In this document: in pieces, positions 1 through 10,122 of the stretch | Numbering within the stretch: position 1 is the stretch's first letter | Layout: every line of letters starts with the position of its first letter | From: Trichodelitschia bisporula | Taxonomy: Eukaryota | Assembly (NCBI GenBank): GCA_010356995.1 | Contig: ML996692.1 | Location: forward strand, 383,933 to 447,932 | Length of the DNA: 64,000 nucleotides | Reading direction: 5' to 3' | Program-made: the position numbers and the translations under genes | The notes under the pieces: model-generated | Databases searched by the model: none | What the model was told of the DNA's origin: nothing | The model's input: the letters and a program-made list of their open reading frames with translations, nothing else

Positions 1-1335
1 GACCAGTCCACTACCTCATCCCCGCAATGTACAGTCACCTTTCTTGCGAAAGTTATTTCCTGAACAATCCATCGCCTGGTGAACCACTCCCTTTGCAGAA
101 GCTCGACAAATGCCTGCAACTCTTCCTTGGCTTGTGGTGATGCCAAAGCTTCAGTATTGATGAACTCCAGAATCTCAGAAACAAAACGCATACCAGCATC
201 GCTTGTGGGGAGCTAGGGCCGAGCCAGACACAAAGATTCTCTGCCTTCTGACATATTCCGCCCATTCTGCGTACCTGGGTGTTGCGTTCTTGAACGTCTT
301 CTTGACAGATGCATAGTGCATCAATCCACATCCGCCTAGCAGCGTCAGGGCGTCGGAAATGGTGCAATGCGACATAGAGATTCTGAGTCACAGAATAATC
401 CCTCAGGCCGTCCAGATCCTGAGAGAATATTTGTATGGTCTCTTTCTGTTTGGTGTCTCCCCAGACGTAGGACAGAGTCTCATAGTGAGGGGGCGTATTT
501 AGGGCAGAGGGCCTATCCAGGTCCAAGGTGTACACTTCGAGGGATACCACAATCGGGTCATCGGCGCAGCCAGGCCAGATATCCAGCAGGCGAATCTCAT
601 TTTTCTGAAGAGGACGATATATATTCCACGAAAGTCTTCACTCGATTCCAGATCCTACTCGGTTTGGGATTCATCGTGCAGTGAGTAAGGTCTGGGGACT
701 TGACATCTTTGCGGCGTCTGCGCCGAATGAAATCCATCGTGCCGTGAGGCGCTAGAGGCTTGAAGTTGTTGCGGCGTCCGCTCCAAAGGAAATCAGCTTT
801 GCATCGGCCACTCCAGTTAGGATCTGTTGTAAGATGTGAAAAAGGACTAGGAAGTGCTTACGAGGCTTGTACAAATCGAGTTGAGGACTTTGAAGCGCTT
901 TCGAGTCAGCTCGAGGAAAGAGATGCCTACCCCAGCCTGCTGGGTGGTGAAATGCGGCTTGGGGCCTTTTGAACAGACGACCCCGCTTCAGTAACTCAGC
1001 CGCATGTACGGTAGTACGACTGGTCTCTGAGAAGGATCCAGCCGCAGTGGAGGATGCCACTGTGGGCTAGGATTGGAAGAAGGCATCCAATAAACAGAAC
1101 CGGAGCACAAGGCGATTTCGACAATAGTTCCGCCTTCAGTATCTGCACGCACCCGAGCCTTGCGCGAATAAGTTGGGCATGGCGACATGATGAAGCGGTT
1201 GTCCGTGTCCTCGAAGAATTCCGTGAACACAACTCGAGTTGCACAGTTTGACGTTGGCCGTGGCCCAGGCACGCCAGGTGTGGTCGCAACTTCCGCCTCG
1301 GTTTTCGTAGCGTCGGACCCCTCCAGGCCCGACAT
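1..1335 (-). pseudogene. HET-domain (heterokaryon incompatibility) gene, disrupted; runs off the left end of the window
   Basis: Minus strand carries HET motifs YRPL..EIRLL (551-620), YETLSYVWGD, WIDALCICQED..ERNTQV..M and VWLG. The distal motif WFTRRWIVQE lies in a different frame (<180). Frame breaks near 185-200 and at the (AT)4 run 617-624; stops at 638-640, 655-657 and 988-990. The upstream boundary is uncertain. Confidence 0.75.
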
Positions 1336-1533
1336 CCATCCAGCAGGAGAAAAAGCAATTATGCTGCATGAGCAACCTTGGCCCCCGACGTATCAACTTC
1401 TGAAGTCATAGCCGCTGATCACAACTACAGCACAGATAACGCCCGATATACATAGATATCCTGTAAAACCAGCATGTCGTGAACTGGGATAGCAATACGA
1501 ACACTCAGTGCCCTTAACCTTTGGTTCTGCACC

Positions 1534-2804
1534 ATGCTCGCCTCCACCAGGTCGTTGGTGATCGGGAGGACATCGGGGACACGGCGGCTCTTCTCCACCA
1601 CACCCCTCCGCAATGCCGATTTCACTCACGCCGTGATCGGTGGCGGTGCCGTGGGCCTAGCAATTGCCCGCCAGCTACAAGGCCGGGAAGGCACATCAAC
1701 AATTCTAATCGAAAAGCACGGTCACGTAGGCACCGAGACAAGCAGCCGAAACTCAGAGGTACGTCTACATAGCAGCCCTCAAGTCACGAACCCAATCCAT
1801 TAATATATACAAAAACCCAGGTCATCCACGCGGGGCTCTACTACGGCGCCAACACGCTCAAAACCTGCCTCTGCATCCACGGCCGCCACCTCATGTACGA
1901 CCTCTGCCGCCAGCACGCCATCCCGCACCGCAACTGCGGCAAGTGGATCGTCGCACAAGACGAACCGCAAATGGGCGAGCTGGAGCGCCTCCACGCCTTC
2001 GCCGCCTCCATCGGCGTCCCAACCCACTTCCTCGCCCGCGCCGTCGCCCACGACCGCGAACCCGACGTCCGCGCCGAAGCCGGCGTCCTCGAGAGCCCCA
2101 CCACGGGCATCATCGACAGCCATGCCTACATGCAGTATCTGCAGGGCTCCTTCGAGGACCGAGGCGGTATCTGTGCGTTGCGTTCTCCCGTGACGCGCGT
2201 TGTGCCTGTGCGTGCTGGTGCTGGTGGCTGGGAAATCTGGACGGAGGGGCCTGATGCTACGTGTGTGACGGCTGAGGCAGTGATTAACTCGGCGGGGTTG
2301 TACGCTGTTGCGCTTTCGAATTCGATTTTGCCGCCGGAGCGCCACCGCGAGGCGCATTTTGCAAAGGGCTCTTATTTTGCGTATGCGGCGTCCAAGCCTG
2401 CACCTAAGACCCTGGTGTATCCGGCACCGAGACCGGGGCACGGTGGTTTGGGCACGCATTTGACGCTTGACATGGCGGGTCGAGTGCGCTTCGGGCCGGA
2501 TGTTGAGTGGATTGATGACCCGAGTGACTATAGCGTCAACGAGTCACGACTGGGCGAGGCGTTGGATGAAATCCAGACCTACTTGCCTGGCATTGACAGG
2601 GACGCAATCCGGCTGGATTATGCGGGCATCCGGCCCAAGCTCGGCAGGATGAGCGCCGTGGTGAGCGGGAAAGGCTTTCAGGATTTTTACATTGCCAAGG
2701 AGGAGGGGTTTGAAGGCTTCATCAATTTGCTGGGGATTGAAAGTCCGGGGTTGACGAGTTCACTGGCAATTGGCGAGGAGGTGGAGAAACTGTTGTATGG
2801 GTAG
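1534..2804 (+). CDS. L-2-hydroxyglutarate dehydrogenase-like FAD-dependent oxidoreductase (mitochondrial)
   Basis: VIGGGAVG Rossmann motif; [17 protein letters not shown] joined across GT..AG intron 1759-1820; [30 protein letters not shown]; Arg/Ser-rich presequence. Confidence 0.92.
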
Positions 2805-3096
2805 ATCTTTCCCTATGCATAAACTTGAGTCTTTCCAACAGCGGACGCAGCTTGGATTAGTACCAGGTCGAATGTGGTCCTTCGAGCGCCCGCCTCGGCT
2901 AGCCCATCGGACTGGGGTTGCTGCCCGCAGAATTGACAGCTCCCGCGGCATCTCGCCCATCAGAAACGGGAGGCACTCTGGCGTTTGCCTTCTTGCGCGT
3001 ATCCGCAAGCTCTTCCTCCACTTGCGAGTCGTAATCGGCGTAGGAAGCGACTATCGACTCGGCATCTCTGGCCATGTAGGTTTCCTTTTTCCGGTC

Positions 3097-6000
3097 CTAT
3101 TTACTCTCAGCTTCATTGCTTAGCGCGTCATGGCCAGCAGAATAGTCCAGATCTGACAAGTCCTGGGGTTCGAATTTGTCCGGACCCAATAAGCAGCACT
3201 CATTCTCTCCACCCAAACCCCTCAAGACCTCGGACACGCGAGGCCGTGAATTGCCGTCGGGATCGAGCATGCTCTTCACAAGATCCCGGAGCTGAGTGCT
3301 GTTGCAAAGCTGATTCCGGCGGAAAGAGGGTTTCAGCAAGCTAAGATTATCGAACAGGCTGGAGGAGAATGTGTCGAGCCAATCCCTTACGACTTCAAGG
3401 CTTGATGAATAATAGACATTTCCGACCGAATTGGGAACCAAAGCCTCAAACAGGCGCGTTCGCTGTCGAGGCTCGCTTGAGATGGTAGCCATCATTTCGG
3501 TATAAATGGCGCCAAGGGGGAAGATGTCGGATTTGGTCGAAAAGATCTGCCTGGTTGTGAAGCTGTCACGGTCCATGTACTTCTCGGCTTCTTCGTCTGG
3601 ATTTAAGCCAAAGGTCAGAAGGCCCGAGAGGTAAATCTTATAGTATGTGTCTGGGTCGGTCTCAGTTGGCTGGCACATTCGCACAAGAAGGATTCCCGGA
3701 TGAAGATTTCCGTGGCAGAAACCGGAGGCGTGGATGTGGTTAAGTGCTGAAGCAATGCAGCTGAAGAAGCGCACAATGTGTTGCTTCACCGGACTTGCTG
3801 TCTCGGCACCCCCGAGACGAGGACTCAGACCTTCTTCCGTACTGTTGAGGAACTGGTCCAACGTCCAACTGATGGCTGGATAAATCAACATTGGCATTTT
3901 GTCGGGAAGTTCATAGTAGCCAACGCTTTGCACAATGTGGCTGTGGCTGAACTTCTTGAGCCAGAGATATTCTTCGGGGCCTTGACGCTTGCGCGAGATT
4001 TTGCAAGTAAGGTTCCAGTTTTTCCAGCGAACGCGTCGAAGGTCGAAACCTCTTGTCACCTTCGTTGTCTTCTGGTACTCCAAAGGTACGTCGGAGGCGT
4101 TCGCATACGTCGCAGTATCTCCATGGCCCGTCCAATTGGCAAATGGGTTCTCCGCTGGTGAGCTCGACCCCTCCAGAATCAGAGACTCCAGATGGGGAGC
4201 GCTGCTGTGTTGCCAAATCTTTTCAAACACCTCAAACTTCGAGTTTTCAGTCGCTTCTGCAAAATCTGCCCTCCTTTGCAAACCAGATGCGGATTCGATG
4301 CTGCTGTCCGTGCGATGGGAGTATTTCTGATGCCGGCGCAGATCTTTCTCGTACCGAAAACGCTCGCCGCACACGGGACAGTAATTCTTGCTTGAAGTGA
4401 TAGGGGGAGTTTGTGGGCCTTGGGAGGACGAGATTTCAGTCGCTTTTGTAAAATCGGTCCTCTGCGAGCCAGATGCCGACTTCTCGCTCAAAGCGATAGA
4501 GGAACTTACTGGGCCCCGGGAGGACGTGATTTCAGGCGCTTTTCCAAGATCGGTCGTTTGTAAACCAGATACCGGTTCCGGGCTCTGAGTCGTAACACTT
4601 CCGCGTCGACCACCGATGATCATCTTGGCCGCATCGTCGCCAGCAGGCTTCAGCTCAACTCTCCTACGCTGAAACTCCAACTCAAAGCTGTTGGTCGCAT
4701 CGATGCTCATCCCGGCCTCATCTACAGCCGGCTCGACACCCATGCTCATGGTTCCAGGCCCAGGAGGCACCAGAGCATCAGGGCCAGACTTGCTACCCGA
4801 GCTGCTTTCATGGAGGCTTGAAGTGCGACGGGAACTTGCTGGGCCTTGGGAGGACGATGCCGTTGGCGGAGAGGGGCCATCCGCATCCGATAACCGCTTT
4901 GGGATCTTCGCAGGCATATGACGTGTCAGAGCCAACAGGGTTTCCAAAGATGCCACATGCGCTAAAAGCCTTTCATTGAAGGACCCGAGACGAGGATGAT
5001 TGCTGGCTGGAGCGGAGGGCGATAGAGTGACGTCGCTAAACTCGGCTATGTCGGACAATGCAGAGTAAGCAGTTTCGCTGATGCGGGTCAAAACGCCGTC
5101 AGACCCTTCTAGTCGTTGGAATTCTGGTTCGGCCAGAAGGCGTTGGAGCTCGACGGTCACATTGTTAAGAGAGTACACTAGAGGCAGCTATTAAAGCATG
5201 TTCCAGCAAATAGAACTGGTACGCAAGAGGGAGCGAGAGAAGAAACAATAATGTCCAGAGAAGGTGCAGATAAGAAGAGCAGACTTACACATAAGGCTGG
5301 TCTTGTTCCCCTTGTCTTGTTCGTCCACCAAGTGCGAAACGGTGTTCTTCAATAGGTCCAGGCGCCCCAGAGTTGGAATGACCATTTCCGACGGTTTATG
5401 CGGCCCGTCGCATTGCCAACAGCGCTGGTGATTACAATCGGGGCTTAAACACTGCGGCGTCCGCGGTGTTGTGCTGACGAGCCATGCAGCGTGGCATCGG
5501 CAGCAATGCCATGTTTCCGACCGGATATCGGGGGAGGGGGGTTTGCTAGACGAGGGGTCGGGAATGTCATTGGGACGAGGAGCCGATGAAACTTGGGAAA
5601 GGTCGGCTGGAGCAGTTAGTACGGTGTCGAGCGCTGCCTGAAGTGAAGCAGATTTAGTCGAGTCTGCCGCAATTATGGGCGAGCTCATAAATTCGACAAG
5701 CAAATCTACAATGGAGTTTTTTACTTCACGAGTGGCGTCGGGATGAAGAGCTGCCATGGTGAGGGCGTACACGAATTTGGAAGAGGCGAGTTGTTCCACC
5801 AGCGGCGAGCCACAATGATCGACTAGAAATAAGGTCAGGTCGAGGGTAAGATGCTGTACCACTATGGTTGGCTGCTGGAGGCGCTGCATCAGAGACCGCG
5901 CAACGACTTCAAAACCAAGATCTGGGCGCATAGCGGCCATGCTGTCCACAAGAGACCGCAACTGTTGAGATGTCTCAGGCGATAACCCAGAATGAGTTAC

Positions 6001-9000
6001 GACGGCAACAACGGAGTCGAATTCCCAAGCGATTGCTTCAAAGTCTTCCGACATTTGAATGCGGTCTTTGGCAGGTGAACTAATTGTTGGTGGAACACCT
6101 TTTAGTCCTAGCATGGACGCCACGGACTCTCGCAACTCGGTATCTTGCGCTAGTTGTAGTCGATCACCGTTATCGGGAATCCGTGCAAGGGTAACGCGCA
6201 ATATTGAGTCATCAACTTCAAGCCCATCTAAGCTTGACGAAGCCAACTGCGCCGCATTCGAGTCTCCATATTCACAGTTGATAGTGTGAGTGTAGCTGGC
6301 AGTACGATTCGTTGCCTTGCCAGGACCGGATTTGACCCTGGAAAAGCTTCGGAGTTCTCCAAAAACACGTAGCATTTCCTTCATACGGTCGTCGTCAAAG
6401 GACGCTGGTATGTTGCTGATCGATAGGAGGTTCGGCGAAAGGTTAAGGCCAGGTATAGCCGCACTTGGAGCCTTCCCTTTACCGCCACCCGAAAACCCAA
6501 GACGTTGCGAAACAAAGTTATGACGTTTCAGTCCAGCCTCAATCTCAGGCCACTGGCTAGCCGCCTTCAAGGCCTCGGCATCGATCTTGGCCCCCCGGTC
6601 GAGAAGCAGCGTGATCTTCGACCCCTCGGCTCCGCTCGCCATGGCACATGTAAGAGCTGTACCAGCAGGACCAGAGATATTCACGTCCGCGCCAGCGTCC
6701 ATAAGGCGGATGGCACTCTTCCAGTCATTCATAGAAAGTGCTGCGTGTAGCACAGGCTCTCCTGACTTGTTGCGGGAATTTAGATCGAAGCCTTGCTCCA
6801 CAAGATACCGTAATACATTGACGTTATTGTCGCATGCAGCAAGCAGAATTCGTGAGCGTTCGAACTCTGATGTAGAATCTGTACAGGAGTGAAAGCGGAA
6901 CAAAAGCTCCATAACTTCCACTGGAGCATTCGCAGCGGCGGCCTCTAGGAAGCGGGGCATGTCCTCCGCAGTAATGCGGTGCTTACGAATAACGAGGAAA
7001 TGCTCTACAACTGACGAGTGACCAGTGTTGATGGCAGAATATAGAGGAGTTTCTTCTTTGGCGTTCCTCGCATCAAGGTTCGCCCCGTGATCGAGCAGAA
7101 TCGAGCAAATCGAGCGGTGGCCGTTTTCAGCGGCAAGATGGAGAGGTACATTCCTTTCGTTGTCGAGGTAATTGACGTTCGCGCCAGCGTCAAGCAAAAT
7201 GTGGGTGATCACAGAGATGCCGGCAGAAGCGGCCTGGTGCAGGGCAGAGGAGCCGTCGCGAGAACTCGGAGAGTTCACTGCCACACCAGATTTCAGGAGC
7301 AAATCGACTACGTCGGGATGACCAGCATAAGCTGCGATGTGGAGAGGATTGCCTTTTTTGGGATCTGCCCCTGCTAGGAGGAGAGTCCTAACAATCTTGT
7401 GGAAGCCGCGAGAAGCCGCATATCGAACTGGCGTGTCCACGGTCTCTTCCCCCGCCGAGGCGTCTGCATCCGCGCCTGCTGCGAGAAGTAACTCGACGAC
7501 GGTATCGTGCCCTCCGAGACATGCCAGATGCAGGGCACGAACATTGCTGCGGGGATTTCCTCCCGCTTCGGCATTGGGATCGGCACCGGCCCGGAGGAGG
7601 CATTCCACAATGGCGCGGTACCCCATCGAAGTCGCAATATGCAGGGCTGTGGTCTCCAAAACATTTCGTGAGTTGCTTCCGGAGTTCAGGTTGGCGTCCG
7701 CTCCCTGCGCTATGAGCAGCTGTACCATAGCGAGATTGCCACCCCGACAGGCGACCTGGAGCGGAAACCCTCGAGAAAAACTGAGGGCGTTGGCGTCGGC
7801 GCCGTACTCGAGTATTTTTCGCACTATGTCAAGATCGCCACCGAGAATTGCAGCGTGTAATGGCATACCCAAATCTTTGACGTCTTCGTTGATGTCCTCT
7901 CCTGAAGCAAGGAGCATTTCCACCTCGTCTTTGAGCTTCTGGAACGCGGCCAAATGTAACGGCGAGTCCTTTTTCTGTTCTAAAGCGATGCTCACAGGTC
8001 CAACAGAGCGAAGGGAGTCCGTCTGCGCTTCGGCCCCGGCTGCTGCTTGGTCCGAGTTCATATCGTCGTCTCCGGAATCAACGCCCCGCGGTATGGCGAA
8101 GAGGGCAAGCTGTTCCAGATGCCCTCCAAGATGCTGACGAAACTGGGTCGGTGTAACTGTAATAACGTCGTGCTTTTGAATGTGCGGATTTAACCCCCTG
8201 AGAGTCTGCTCCCATTCGTCACACAAGGGACAGCTGGCGGCAGGAATGCGCTCGACCTGCCGCTGGCTCACGTTGACAACCGCCTGTATTTGCTGCTCAC
8301 CAATCTGCTGCGCGTGCTGGTGGCGTAGATGTTCTTTGAACGCATATTGTGTTGGAAATACCATGGACGAGCAAAAATGACATTGGTAGTCCTTTCGGTG
8401 CATCTCGAGCTCATGTGAAAACCAAGCATGACGGTCGCCGAACATTTTGACGTCACACTCGTCGAATGTGCATATGTATGGCTTCAGATCCTGAAGAACA
8501 TGTTTTCTGGATCGTGGTTAGCCGCTGCTAAAGTACGAAATCACACTCTTGGTGACTGACCTCCAGGAACGCTGGCGGCGCGCTTGAACTATTCCCCAGC
8601 AATATGGGCATTCAAAAGTTGGCGTTCCAGATGAGACCCTTCCCAGCTCTACCACATGCAGCTGGCTGCTACTTGACGTATCTGCGACAGAAGTTGCATC
8701 AGACATCTCAGATTGCAGATCATCGGGAATGTTTTCGATCGCCTCGACAACTGCAGGTAGCAGTGTTGAAGCGGTGGTAGGCGCAAGAGTGCTGGTGGGC
8801 TTCGTTCTGATCGACGATGCACCGTCGCCGCGCATACCTATGTTGGGGTGCAGGTGCTCCTGCTTTTGAGCCCCGGCGTGGGAATCTTGAACTTCTGCTC
8901 TATGGGATCGAGGCTCTGCAGCGAGCTTGTCATGGTGTTCACGGCAGTATCGGAGAAACTGCCGCCTTTGGGTGATGGCCTTCCCTAGGCGGACCGCAAG

Positions 9001-9654
9001 CCACTCGTCCTTCTTGTTGTCGAGTTTTGGAAATTTTTGCCGAACATGGGAAACGTCGAAGGAATCATCAAAGGGGTCCAAAGGCGCTGCCGTGGCCTTG
9101 GCATAACGGTCCCGCGGCGTTGCATTTCTGATCAGCAGCGAAATCTTAAAGAGGCTGGATATGGAGTCCGATATTGACTTGTTCAGCTCCTCGGCCTCGG
9201 AAGCACTTTCAACGACTGAAGAAGCGAGGTCCGGGGGTTCGTCGTCCGAGTCCTCAAATTCGTCTTCAAACGAGACTGAGCCGGTCCTGTTGGGGCGCTC
9301 ACCAGATACAATTTCGGTAACTACAAAGTTCAGCTTATTTCGGCAACAAACGAAAAGTAACTTACGGTCCTCAACAGACTCATGCAGGTCTTCTAGCAGT
9401 TCATGGATGCGTGAAGCTAGCCGTGGGGCATCTCTCAGGCGATGCTCTAACGATGTAGCAACGCGGGCATCTTGGAGCGCGCCGATATTCCCGGCCCAGA
9501 TCCTCAATCGCCCTAGTTGGCCGGTGCAGTCATCGTAGGTGAAAGGGAAGCTCGCAGCCTCCTCGGAGCTTTTGAGGGAACCAAGCAGGTGGTTGAAGCT
9601 TCCCAGGCAATCTTTGGTCTGTTTTGCGATGGGAGAGAGTTCTGAGGCGTCCAT
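3097..9654 (-). CDS. ~2115-aa multidomain protein: helical N-terminus, C2H2 fingers, ankyrin repeats, RRM, VHS, Zn ribbon, C2H2, pseudokinase
   Basis: Three ORFs join in frame through GT..AG introns at 9321-9365, 8507-8560 (WR|KHVLQDLKPYICTF) and 5178-5288 (ATG T|TG TAC). Spliced length 6348 nt is a multiple of 3. Motifs: RLRIWAGNIGA..SLEHRLR, FECPYC, about 14 ankyrin repeats (~7965-6550). Confidence 0.8.
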
Positions 9655-10122
9655 GATGTCGACGGAACCCCTAAAGCTCGAGTTGCCACAAAGCAGCGGC
9701 GTAATCCGAGCTCAAGAGATGCAAAATTCGATCTCGGTCGCATTCATGAGCTACGGAATTTCTGACGCGGGCCTCTCCCTTAAAGTCGAGCCTTGAAGTT
9801 TTGAGTCCTTCGATTCTGCCTCGCTGACATGTTGCCTGGAGGGACTGTAAGATGGCCAAAGCCTCGTGAGTCCAAGGCGCTTTGAGCTTTGAGGATATGA
9901 TGTCGAGGTGAGGCTTTCCCGTCCCCACACCTGAAGAGGCTCTCTTGCAGCGCCAAGCGAGGGGCTGAACTTGGGTGATCTGCGGCTGGAGCCTGTTCAG
10001 CTCTGGCCCCCGCTCCCCCGCAGTGGCTCGTGGCTGGCCGAACTTAACGGCACTGTTCTCGTCGGACCCATTCAAAGTTGATGTTCGGCGGTCTCCTCAC
10101 TTACAACGCCTTTACCCTCGCG

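Noticed and set aside
1800..2459. 219-aa minus-strand ORF, and similar long antisense ORFs at 7337-8137, 43217-44068, 45788-46666 and 48926-49759
   Set aside because: Shadows of GC-rich coding genes on the opposite strand, with no recognisable motifs.
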